From IMG/VR virus record IMGVR_UViG_3300010366_000060, positions 1 through 26,113 of that record: DNA of 26,113 bases; one strand, 5' to 3'. Every line of letters starts with the position of its first letter. The stretch's first letter is position 1. Both the position numbers and the translations under genes were made by a program. Shown here one piece after another: positions 1 through 8,134 of the stretch. Origin of the DNA: a virus (taxonomy: Duplodnaviria > Caudoviricetes). The notes beneath the pieces are model-generated. The model had not been told where the DNA came from. It saw only the letters and a program-made list of their open reading frames with translations, and ran no database searches.

Positions 1-58
1 CATCATCCGGAATGGATCAAACCGGCGCCGTGCCCCCACCGATCAGTCCGCTGCCGGC

Positions 59-285
59 CTACGTCTCGCTCGGCGTCAGCCGGCGCTGGAGGGTCGCCGC
101 ATGGGTGCTCCCGACCGTCTCCCTGGGCGACACGTCCGACGAGAAGGCGCGGACCGCCCGCTCGAACCGGACCGCGAGTGCGCGTCGCTCCAACTCATGC
201 CCCGTCGCCGTGAACTCCTGCTGGATGGCGGCAAGCTCGGGCCAGCGGACGAGCGGGCCGTCGAGGAGATGGCGGTGGCGGCGGG
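59..285 (-). pseudogene. 3' remnant of an unrelated minus-strand CDS (5' part missing); possible host or chimeric DNA
   Basis: The minus frame reads ...HLLDGPLVRWPELAAIQQEFTATGHELERRALAVRFERAVRAF...TPSET* with nearly all codons ending in G/C. The in-register plus frame here is rich in CGT/CGA/CTC codons, like a shadow ORF. The pattern flips at about 285. Confidence 0.4.
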
Positions 286-2683
286 CACGTTTGGTCGGGC
301 GCCAGCCGTTCAAACCCCCGGCGGCGCTGGCGATCCCGACAAAGCCCTGCTCGACTACTACGACAAAGCGCGCCGGGAATGCTTTGCTGATCGCTGGCGG
401 TATGAGCGCGTCTGGACAAGAAACATCCACTACGTGAATCTGCGGCAATGGCTCGGCCTCTACGACCGCTCGGCCGGTTGGATGGATTCGCGCGTCGCCA
501 AAGGTGTGCCGAAGCCGGTGACGAGCAAAGCGAAGGAAGGCGTCCAGGCGATCCGCGCGATGTTCACCGCCGCGACGTTGGGTGTGGATGTCCGACCGTT
601 GAAGAACGACGTCAAGTCGATGACGACGGCGACGACCGCCGACAAGCTCGCGCCGGTGCTCTACACGTCGAACGACATGGATCAGGTGCTCCACGAAGGT
701 GATTATTGGTTCATCGTCTGCGGCAATGTCATCTACCACGTGTCGTACGACGACGACGGCACGTTCACCAAAGTGCCGTATGAAGTCTGCGCCTCGTGCG
801 GCTACGAGGTGACGAGCGACGCCATCGCCCAGGCGGGGCAGCGCTGTCCGCAGTGCCAGCAGCCGGGACCGTTCACGCGTGCGCTCGGCGCGGACGGCCA
901 ACCGAAGGTCGATGTCCGCGCCAACGGCCACACCGCGACGGTCGCCCTCTCGCCGCTTGAGATCGCGTTTCCGTTCATGCGTCCGCGCTGGAGTCTCGTG
1001 GATCGCCTGATCCGGATGCGCTGGCGCACCAAGGCGTACTACGAATCGACGCCGGCGCTGCAGCAGTACGTGAAGCGCATCTCGTTCGCGAAATCCTCCA
1101 CCGAGCGCTCGCTGCAGATCTTCCAGAGCCTGCCGTTCCAGACCGAACTCAGTCCGAATCTCACCAGCACGTTCGCCGGCACCGGCGATGAAGAAGGCAT
1201 CGCCGAATACGAGCTGTGGGAGAAACCGACGGCCGCGCGCCCCGATGGGTTCGTGATGCGCGTGGCCGGCGACTCAACCCCGGTCGTCCTGCATCTCGAG
1301 GAGGACGAAGGCCTGCCGGGGCCGCTGCCGTATCACGATGCGAAGGGCAATCCGCTCTGGACGTTCCATCACGCCGCGTACGAACACGTCGGTGGCCGGG
1401 TGCTCGGTACCGGCGCGCTCGATCCGGCGATGAGCAAATTCGATCAGCTGAATCGCCTCGACAGCATCTACGAGATGATGATGACGCGGATGGCGATTCC
1501 GCAAATTTTAAAACCCAAAGGTCAGGACATCGCGTGGCTCGGCGACTCGCCCGCGATGCCAGGCCTCATCGCCGAGTACGCGCCCGCACCGGGCGGCGGG
1601 AAACCGGAACAGTGGCCGGGACAGGATCCGCCGCGCGCGTGGGTGCAGTTGCGTCTGCAACTGGTCGAGGAGATCGACGCGGCGCTCGGCACGAACGACA
1701 TCCTGCGCGGACGCAAGCCGCCGAACGTCGAGGCCTTCAGCGCGATGCAGCTCTTGGTCGAAGCCGGTGAAGCGCGCTTCGCCGGCGCGTTCAAGGCGCG
1801 AGCGCTCGCATTTCGTGACGTCTCGAAATCGCAGATTGAAATCGAACGCGAATTCGGCGCCGACGTCCGCGTGCAGTCGGTAATTACCCCGTCACGCGGC
1901 TACAACTTCCTCACGTTCCAGAAAGCCGATCTCGATGGTGAAGTCGCCTTCGATGTCGCTGATGGATCGACCAAGCCGAAAACCCAGCTCGCAGAGCGCG
2001 CGAGTATCGAGCACTTAAAACAACTCGGCGGGATCGACATTCGCAATCCCGATACCGAATACGCGGTCTATCAGAAGCTGGGACAAACCGACCTGATTCC
2101 CTCGACCGACAATCAACACCAAGCGGCGTTACAGAATCAGGAGCTGTTTATGGCTTGGGTCAGAACGCCTGGGGCGCTGACCTATGTACCCCAGGCGGCA
2201 CCGACGGCGGGGGCAGTAACGGGAGAGGTTGCGCCCCCGCCGCCGGATCCGTCCACCGATCCCACGTACCCCTTCGTCTTGCAACCGTGGTACGAGGTAC
2301 CGATTCATCGCATCGAACTCGTGAAATGGGCGGTCAGTGACGAAGCGATCGAACTCTTCAAAACGATTCCGAGCGCGCGATACTTCGTGGGCAAGTACCT
2401 CGGCGAACTCGATCAGAAAATCGCCAAGGCCTCGACGCCGCCACCAGAAAAACCCAAGATCAGTTACAGCTTCGGGTCTGAAGACATGGCCGCCGATTCT
2501 GCGATTGCCGAAGCGTTCTATGAAGCCGCAGACGTGGCACCACCCGCCTCTCGTACGGCGACGCCGATACCCGGTGCGCCACAGGGGGCCGGTCGCGCCA
2601 TGGCCAACTCGAATCAGAATTCCGCGCCGGTCGGCAATCAACCGCAACCGGGCTCGCCGGCCATCGTGGCAGGACGACCATAA
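269..2683 (+). CDS. Portal (head-tail connector) protein, P22/podovirus-like, with CxxC-CxxC insert
   Basis: Long ORF (open from 101) upstream of scaffold and capsid. Portal-like segments include 'ERVWTRNIHY', 'FDQLNRLDSIYEMMMTRMAIPQIL' and 'DILRGRKPPNVEAFSAMQLLVE'. The start is uncertain: GAGGAG at 263-268 precedes ATG269 and GTG275, and the N-terminus may be truncated. Confidence 0.85.
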   Translation: MAVAAGTFGRAPAVQTPGGAGDPDKALLDYYDKARRECFADRWRYERVWTRNIHYVNLRQWLGLYDRSAGWMDSRVAKGVPKPVTSKAKEGVQAIRAMFTAATLGVDVRPLKNDVKSMTTATTADKLAPVLYTSNDMDQVLHEGDYWFIVCGNVIYHVSYDDDGTFTKVPYEVCASCGYEVTSDAIAQAGQRCPQCQQPGPFTRALGADGQPKVDVRANGHTATVALSPLEIAFPFMRPRWSLVDRLIRMRWRTKAYYESTPALQQYVKRISFAKSSTERSLQIFQSLPFQTELSPNLTSTFAGTGDEEGIAEYELWEKPTAARPDGFVMRVAGDSTPVVLHLEEDEGLPGPLPYHDAKGNPLWTFHHAAYEHVGGRVLGTGALDPAMSKFDQLNRLDSIYEMMMTRMAIPQILKPKGQDIAWLGDSPAMPGLIAEYAPAPGGGKPEQWPGQDPPRAWVQLRLQLVEEIDAALGTNDILRGRKPPNVEAFSAMQLLVEAGEARFAGAFKARALAFRDVSKSQIEIEREFGADVRVQSVITPSRGYNFLTFQKADLDGEVAFDVADGSTKPKTQLAERASIEHLKQLGGIDIRNPDTEYAVYQKLGQTDLIPSTDNQHQAALQNQELFMAWVRTPGALTYVPQAAPTAGAVTGEVAPPPPDPSTDPTYPFVLQPWYEVPIHRIELVKWAVSDEAIELFKTIPSARYFVGKYLGELDQKIAKASTPPPEKPKISYSFGSEDMAADSAIAEAFYEAADVAPPASRTATPIPGAPQGAGRAMANSNQNSAPVGNQPQPGSPAIVAGRP

Positions 2684-2686
2684 CCC

Positions 2687-2923
2687 ATGGCCATTCTACC
2701 AACGGACCGCTCGGACGACGACTCGCTGCACGCAAAGCGGCGAGGGCGCGCCCGCACGGCCCTTGAGGCGCTTATCCGCTCAACCATAGGGGAACCGTTA
2801 GGTCAGCGTGCCAATGTCCCGGACACGGAGCCTGGTGTGAAGACGCTACCCAAACTCTCCGCGCTCCCGCCCGCCCAGCGGCGGGCCATGTTTGCCAAGG
2901 GGCCGAAACAGAGGCTTGGGTAG
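2687..2923 (+). CDS. Small basic hypothetical protein (78 aa)
   Basis: Fills the gap after the portal stop; ATG lies 3 nt after TAA; Arg/Lys-rich. Confidence 0.55.
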   Translation: MAILPTDRSDDDSLHAKRRGRARTALEALIRSTIGEPLGQRANVPDTEPGVKTLPKLSALPPAQRRAMFAKGPKQRLG

Positions 2924-2945
2924 CCCCCCGACTCGGGTGTATAGT
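2916..2945 (+). promoter_or_regulatory. Candidate sigma70-type promoter for scaffold/capsid genes, with a dyad operator-like site
   Basis: TTGGGT (2916-2921), 18-bp spacer, TATAGT (2940-2945). Perfect dyad CCCGA-C-TCGGG (2927-2937) lies in the spacer. Confidence 0.4.
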
Positions 2946-2957
2946 CCAGTCCGTACG

Positions 2958-3100
2958 ACTCGTGTAAGAAACGGCTATGGGCCCTGTCCCGGCCGTCGAT
3001 TCGCGTAAGACCCGACTCGCTGCGGTCCTCTCCCGACCGCACATTCGCGTAACACCCGACCTCCTCGTGTAACGCAATTTCGCGTAACACCCTCGTGAAA
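2958..3100 (+). repeat. Array of TCGYGTAA direct repeats interspersed with hairpins (putative structured 5' leader)
   Basis: TCGYGTAA at 2960, 3001, 3045, 3065 and 3080, plus degenerate TCGTGAAA at 3093. ATTCGCGTAA(G/C)ACCCGAC at 2999 and 3043 (17/18 identical). Hairpins at 2971-2996 and 3021-3041. Confidence 0.8.
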
Positions 3101-3112
3101 GGCGCGTCGTCC

Positions 3113-4012
3113 ATGAAACTCTTTTTCCATCTCCCGATTGTGTACGCCTATCCGGAGTCTGGCGCCGGGGCCGGTGCCGCTGGTAATGGCACTGGTACCC
3201 CTCCCGCTGGTGCCGATGGTGCCGCCGCGCCGGCCCAGGTTCCGGCCGTGCCGGCGAGCGATGGCACGACGCCCGCCGGCAGCGAGCCGAAAAAGTCATG
3301 GACGTTCCCCGAAGATCGGACGCACTGGGTCAATCCGGAGACGTACAAGAAATCCGAAGCGCTCATCAACCGGACGGCGACTGAACTCGAGCGCGCCCGC
3401 GCGATGATCGGCGAGCAGCAACGCCGCATTGCCGCGCTCGCCGGCGTCGCGCCCCAGAATCCCGACGACGTCGAAGCCCAGAAGATCGCCGACGCGTTTT
3501 TCGCGATTCCCCAGTTCGCGCATTTGCGCTACATCACGCCCGAGTTTCTGCAATCGGTCGGCGCGCTGCTGCAGGACGGCTCCAGCATCGCCGCCGCGCG
3601 CGACCACGTCTGGAACAGCCACACCGATCGCTTTCTCGATGATCTCGACGCGGCGTTCGCCAGCGAGATCGGCGTGGACAAGTTGACGGTTGGCCAGCAG
3701 GGCAAGCTGCGCGCGGCGTTCGGCGCGCTCATCCCCGATGAACGGACGAACCCGGAGGCGCACGCGATCTTCGCCCGACGCTATGAAGCCAACGATCGCT
3801 CGCTGATCGAGGAGTTCGTGAAGGAATACGTCAGCGACATGTTGGAACCGGCGCGACGCCAGGCGACCATCCCGACCTTCCGGCGGCCGGTGCCGCGGAG
3901 CGGGCCGACGGCGCCGGTCGTCACGCAACGAGCCAAACCCGATTACAGCAACATGACCGTCTCGCAGATGCTCGACGCCGCAGAAAAAGAAGCGGAGGCG
4001 GTCGGGCGCTGA
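3113..4012 (+). CDS. Capsid scaffolding protein
   Basis: Immediately upstream of the major capsid gene. Ala/Gly/Pro-rich disordered N-terminus, coiled-coil segment and short helical C-terminus 'TVSQMLDAAEKEA'. GAAAGG SD precedes ATG3113. Confidence 0.75.
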   Translation: MKLFFHLPIVYAYPESGAGAGAAGNGTGTPPAGADGAAAPAQVPAVPASDGTTPAGSEPKKSWTFPEDRTHWVNPETYKKSEALINRTATELERARAMIGEQQRRIAALAGVAPQNPDDVEAQKIADAFFAIPQFAHLRYITPEFLQSVGALLQDGSSIAAARDHVWNSHTDRFLDDLDAAFASEIGVDKLTVGQQGKLRAAFGALIPDERTNPEAHAIFARRYEANDRSLIEEFVKEYVSDMLEPARRQATIPTFRRPVPRSGPTAPVVTQRAKPDYSNMTVSQMLDAAEKEAEAVGR

Positions 4013-4048
4013 GTTCGCACGCGTCGATGGAGCTGAAGGAGTACAACG

Positions 4049-5374
4049 ATGGCCGGCCCTGGATCCGATGCAGCCACCGAAGACGGGCTTCTCAAGACGA
4101 CGTATGAGGACGTGATCGCCGAGGGCGTCCTCAAAAAATTTCAGCTCCGCGATGCGTTCAAGCAGAAGGACAGTCCGTGGGAAGGCGGGCGCGGGAAAGA
4201 GTGGAGCGCGCACGTCGAGCGGAACAATTCCCCGATGGCCGTCGGATCCGACAGTGCCATCCCGATCGCCGACAACCAGAAATACCTGACCGGGTTCATC
4301 ACCCAGAAAAAAATTATGGCGCGGTGGCGCGTCACCCAGGAGCAACTGGACGACACGCAGAATCGCGAAGGGGCCTATCGATCGACGCGCACGGAAAATA
4401 TGGAGCGGTTGATCGATGACATCGCCTACAGGGAGGAGTTCTACCTCGGCTCGGACGGCCGCGGCGTGTTCGCGATCGTGGATGCTACCACGAGCGGCAC
4501 GACGCTCGAGCTGAATTCTCCCGGCAACGTCTCCTCGACCGGCGTCGCGATCACGAGCGCCTTCGGCAATCGCTTCATCAAGCGCGGCATGTCGCTCGCG
4601 GCGATCAATCCGGCGAACGGCGTCATTCGCACGAACACCCCGAAGGTGACGGCGGTCAACAGCGACGGCACCGACGTCACGCTCTCGGCGGCGCCGAGCT
4701 GGACGACGGGCGACTACGTCGTCCAGGCCGCGAACACCAGCGTGGTCGACGCGCTCGATACCGCGTACGAGAAAGCGCCGTGGGGCATCACCGCCCTCAT
4801 CGATGATGGCACGTACAGACAAAATTACTACGGCGTCGATCGGTACCTCTATCCGAATTACGCCAGCTACGTGAGTGCTTCGACGGGTGCGCTCTCGTTC
4901 GACCTCCTGCAGCGCGTGAGCGATATCGTCAATCAGCGTCTCGATGGCGAGGTGAATGCGATCTGGTCGCATCACTCGGTGCGCCGCGTCTACATCATGC
5001 TGACGCAGGCCGACCGCCGGTACGCGGATCAATCGAGCCGCATGAATCCCGACGGCGGCACGCGCGCGTTCCAGCAGGAAGACCTGACGATGGGGAGCGT
5101 CGCGTACAAAGCGATCCGGACCATGCCGTTGCGCTCGATGTTCCTCGTGGACGTGCCCGGTGGCGACTTCGTGCGCTACACGTCGGAGAAGGGCAAATGG
5201 GTGAGCGGCACGAGCGGCGAGATTCTCGTGCGCGATGGTACGGGCCAGAACGCCCGGCACGCGTGGGAAGCCTGGTACTATCGCCGGTATAATCTGTTTT
5301 GTCGCAACCCCGGAAAGTGTGCGCGCCTCGATGGGCTGACCGGCGTCACATTCGTGGTCGTTCGCGGCGAGTGA
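4049..5374 (+). CDS. Major capsid protein (HK97 fold, P22-coat-like)
   Basis: 441 aa, strong GAAGGAG SD, high GC3. Coat-like motifs include 'DGLLKTTYEDVI', 'YLGSDGRG', 'PWGITALIDD' and C-terminal 'NLFCRNPGKCARLDGL'. Confidence 0.9.
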   Translation: MAGPGSDAATEDGLLKTTYEDVIAEGVLKKFQLRDAFKQKDSPWEGGRGKEWSAHVERNNSPMAVGSDSAIPIADNQKYLTGFITQKKIMARWRVTQEQLDDTQNREGAYRSTRTENMERLIDDIAYREEFYLGSDGRGVFAIVDATTSGTTLELNSPGNVSSTGVAITSAFGNRFIKRGMSLAAINPANGVIRTNTPKVTAVNSDGTDVTLSAAPSWTTGDYVVQAANTSVVDALDTAYEKAPWGITALIDDGTYRQNYYGVDRYLYPNYASYVSASTGALSFDLLQRVSDIVNQRLDGEVNAIWSHHSVRRVYIMLTQADRRYADQSSRMNPDGGTRAFQQEDLTMGSVAYKAIRTMPLRSMFLVDVPGGDFVRYTSEKGKWVSGTSGEILVRDGTGQNARHAWEAWYYRRYNLFCRNPGKCARLDGLTGVTFVVVRGE

Positions 5375-5384
5375 CAGACAACCC

Positions 5385-5930
5385 ATGCGAAAAGCCAGTC
5401 AAGGAAACGCCGCGGCGATAGCTGCACTAAGACGCGAAGATCTCGCCTACTTGGCTGGCTTTTTCGACGGCGAAGGATCCGTCACGATCAATCACCTGAA
5501 GCGAACCGACAAAACCGCGAGCGGATGCTACAAGAGTGACAGTTACACGCTGCACGTCGTGATCGGCAACACCGATCCAACCGTGCCGCTCTGGGCACAG
5601 TCGATCTTCGGGGGATATGTCATCACGCGTGAGGCACGCACGGCCAAACAGAAAGCCGCGTTTCAATGGATCATCTGCAACTACTGGGCGATGCGATTCC
5701 TTGAGACGATCCGACCTTACATCCGTATGAAGGGCGAGGTCATCGATAGAGCGATCACGTTCCAGCGTGCGATGAAGAAACACGGGCCAAAGGCTACGCC
5801 TCCGGAGGTGGTCGCTTGGCGTGAGGAGCAGCGCCTCGCGATCCGAATGCTCAACGGTCGCAAAAAGAAGGCAGACGATCCGCTGGAACTGCCGCCGCCG
5901 CGCGAATCACCCGATCAACGCACGCACTAG
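5385..5930 (+). CDS. Free-standing single-motif LAGLIDADG homing endonuclease
   Basis: Motif 'DLAYLAGFFDGEGSVTI' followed by typical 'FGG' and 'FLETIRPYIRMK' segments. Codon usage is less GC-biased than in neighbouring genes. Confidence 0.9.
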   Translation: MRKASQGNAAAIAALRREDLAYLAGFFDGEGSVTINHLKRTDKTASGCYKSDSYTLHVVIGNTDPTVPLWAQSIFGGYVITREARTAKQKAAFQWIICNYWAMRFLETIRPYIRMKGEVIDRAITFQRAMKKHGPKATPPEVVAWREEQRLAIRMLNGRKKKADDPLELPPPRESPDQRTH

Positions 5931-5941
5931 AGGGAGCAACA

Positions 5942-6343
5942 ATGGCGCAATTCGGCGACACCGTCGCACTCGTCAACCGCACGAAGGGCGTGCTGCAGGC
6001 GCAGTGGGACGGCACGCACTATCACTTCGATCCGGGCGAGACGCCGAACGTCCCGGTGCCGATCGCCATCGCGGCGGTCAGGCAGAACCCGCTGCACGGC
6101 TCCGAAGATCCCCTCGGCGATCCGAACGTCTTCGTCTCGCTGTTCGGCATCAAAGGGGCCACGCATCTGTTCGGCGACTGCTCGCCGCTCGAGCAGAGCG
6201 CCGCCGGCGAACGAATCGATCGCACGCGAATCCTGGGCCTCGGCAACAAAGGGAAACGCGTCAACGCTGGTGGCCCGACGCACTTCGAAGCGAAGCTCGG
6301 CGTCGACACCGTCAACCTCGCGGATGACGCGGAACGGCGATGA
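5942..6343 (+). CDS. Hypothetical phage protein (head module)
   Basis: GGGAG SD, high GC3, ATGA overlap with the next gene. Confidence 0.8.
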   Translation: MAQFGDTVALVNRTKGVLQAQWDGTHYHFDPGETPNVPVPIAIAAVRQNPLHGSEDPLGDPNVFVSLFGIKGATHLFGDCSPLEQSAAGERIDRTRILGLGNKGKRVNAGGPTHFEAKLGVDTVNLADDAERR

Positions 6344-6912
6344 ACCCGCTCGGGCAGATCTACATTCGCGATCTGAATCCCTTCAACCTCGAGGAGCCGC
6401 CGCTCTGGTGGCAGCAGGGGTTGTGGTGCTTCGATCGCGATCTGCGGATTCTGCCCGGTCGGAAGAAACCCGTCTGGTGGCTGGCGCGCGTGAAGAAGTA
6501 CAGCAAGGGGCTGACCGGCGAGGCGATTGTCGATGATCAGAACGACACCGCGATGTTTGTCCGGTACGACCTCGTGCCGGTGACGTGGATCGCGAGCACG
6601 GAAGGATGGAGTGAAGGCTTCCTGCAGTACATCGTCGGCGAGCTGAATGCCCGCGATACCTGGGCAATCGAAGGCGGGCCGCTCACTGACGATGGCGTCA
6701 AGAAAGCGCTGTTCGAAGGCGGCTCGAAATACGGCCAGATGCTGGATGAACGCGATGCCGCCGCGCGCCGCGCGATTGATCGCGAGGTGCACGACGACGT
6801 GTATCAGGCAACGGGTGATGGATGGCGAAGTCTTCAGGCCCGAACAGGCGAGCGCGTCCTCAACGCCGGAAGACCCAGCGATCTGCCGCCACCCACGGAG
6901 TCACAGACATGA
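6340..6912 (+). CDS. Hypothetical phage protein
   Basis: 190 aa, ATGA overlaps at both ends, coding-like composition. Confidence 0.8.
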   Translation: MNPLGQIYIRDLNPFNLEEPPLWWQQGLWCFDRDLRILPGRKKPVWWLARVKKYSKGLTGEAIVDDQNDTAMFVRYDLVPVTWIASTEGWSEGFLQYIVGELNARDTWAIEGGPLTDDGVKKALFEGGSKYGQMLDERDAAARRAIDREVHDDVYQATGDGWRSLQARTGERVLNAGRPSDLPPPTESQT

Positions 6913-7235
6913 CGAAACGAGCGGTCGAGCAGGATGACGAACCGAACGAGGTCGCGACGAGCCCGCCGGTGCCGATCACCGAACCGATGGCGCTCAGCTT
7001 CACGCTCGATCCCAGCAGCGGGCCGGAACACACGTCGATTCTGATCACCGGCAGCAACTTCGGCGACCAGGCCGGCACGCTCTTTCTCAATGAAGTGTCG
7101 GCACCCGTGGTGCTGTGGACGCCGCTGGCCATTCAGACCCTCGTGCCCTATGGCGCGACGAGCGGCGAGCTCGTGGTGACGACCACCAATCATCGCCGCG
7201 GCGCGGCCACATTCACGGTGACGAAGAAGGACTGA
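6909..7235 (+). CDS. Small IPT/TIG (Ig-like) domain protein
   Basis: 'LDPSSGPEHTSILITGSNFG...WTPLAIQTLVPYGATSGELVVTT' matches the IPT/TIG pattern. Starts at an ATGA overlap at 6909. Confidence 0.8.
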   Translation: MTKRAVEQDDEPNEVATSPPVPITEPMALSFTLDPSSGPEHTSILITGSNFGDQAGTLFLNEVSAPVVLWTPLAIQTLVPYGATSGELVVTTTNHRRGAATFTVTKKD

Positions 7236-7546
7236 TGCCCGACGACCCGCGCCGGCCGTTTCGGCCCAACGTCTTCTGGTCGGGCGAGTCGCGGTACGGG
7301 AGCACGCCTGAGTCGCCCCAGCCGCCGCCGCCCGACAAGGATGCGGCCACGACGGACTGGCTGCAACGCTGGTTCGCGCAGCAACCGGGCTTGTACAACG
7401 CGCTCGCGGCCAAAGGGTTGGCCTTGCAATCGATGCTTCCGCAATGGATGCAACCGAAGCAGGACCAGGGAGACATCGAGCTGCCGTCGAACGGATCGAT
7501 CGCGGCGCTGCGTCGGAAAACTCAATCACGAGGAGACGGCCGATGA
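7235..7546 (+). CDS. Small Pro/Gln-rich, probably disordered protein with a C-terminal SIAALRR motif
   Basis: TGATG overlap at the start and ATGA overlap at the end; fills the gap exactly. Confidence 0.65.
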   Translation: MPDDPRRPFRPNVFWSGESRYGSTPESPQPPPPDKDAATTDWLQRWFAQQPGLYNALAAKGLALQSMLPQWMQPKQDQGDIELPSNGSIAALRRKTQSRGDGR

Positions 7547-8124
7547 ACTGGACGAAGCAATTCACGCAGTCGCCCGACGGCTATCTGTGGGCGAATCAGG
7601 CAGCGGCGGCCGCCATCGAAGCCGAAGCGGCCATCTGGCAGCGCGTGGACATGGCGCTCGCGGGTGCAACCCCCGGCGCGCAGCGGGCCTTCGACGGCTT
7701 GCGGAAATGGATGGCGCAGCATCTCCAGGCCCCGCAGGCGCGCTTCACGCCGCTCACCAACTCGACCAGCGGGCTGATCACCGCATCCACCGGCGGCCTC
7801 TACGGGTTGATCGCGACGCGACTGTACGGCGTCTACATCCGGAAGACGAACGTCGCCGGATCCTCGCTGGCCAGTTATTTGAAATTTTTCGATGACGGCA
7901 CGGACGGGGCACTGTCGGGCATGACCGCCGCGAGCCGTCTCGTGATCCCGCTCGGCGCGGTGTCATCGGGCAACCCCGGCACGCTCTACGAGGGCTTGTA
8001 CGTCAACCCGAATGGCCTCGCCGTCGCGAACGGTCTGCGGTTCGCGCTCGTCACGCTCGCCGATACGTTCACGATCTCGGCCGCAGCCGACGGTGGCGAC
8101 GGCTTCGCGATCAGCGCGCCGTAG
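7543..8124 (+). CDS. Putative virion structural protein (capsid decoration/cement-like)
   Basis: GAGGAG SD; helical N-half and beta-rich C-half; position in the head module. Confidence 0.7.
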   Translation: MNWTKQFTQSPDGYLWANQAAAAAIEAEAAIWQRVDMALAGATPGAQRAFDGLRKWMAQHLQAPQARFTPLTNSTSGLITASTGGLYGLIATRLYGVYIRKTNVAGSSLASYLKFFDDGTDGALSGMTAASRLVIPLGAVSSGNPGTLYEGLYVNPNGLAVANGLRFALVTLADTFTISAAADGGDGFAISAP

Positions 8125-8134
8125 GAGGATTCCC

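Noticed and set aside
101-268. Portal N-terminal extension from ATG101 as given in the ORF track
   Set aside because: Its composition looks like the antisense of a minus-strand gene, and a better SD lies at 263-268. Not fully excluded.
2958-3100. CRISPR or TIGR-like guide array
   Set aside because: Repeats are only 8-18 nt with irregular spacing, the spacers are self-complementary, and no cas or Nop-domain gene is present in the window.
5375-5384. Rho-independent terminator after the major capsid gene
   Set aside because: No hairpin plus U-tract here, and none was convincing elsewhere in the window.
3296-5386. 696-aa minus-strand ORF (likewise 16619-19120 and other long antisense ORFs)
   Set aside because: Antisense shadows of high-GC3 plus-strand genes; Arg-rich, with no recognisable motifs.
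2681-5387. Shared AACCCATG start context of the 78-aa ORF and the endonuclease
   Set aside because: Only two short instances, which is compatible with chance.
5340-5941. Group I intron, intein or capsid-endonuclease frameshift fusion
   Set aside because: The flanks are only 10-11 nt, the capsid C-terminus appears intact, no slippery site is seen, and in-frame readthrough gives a non-protein-like sequence.
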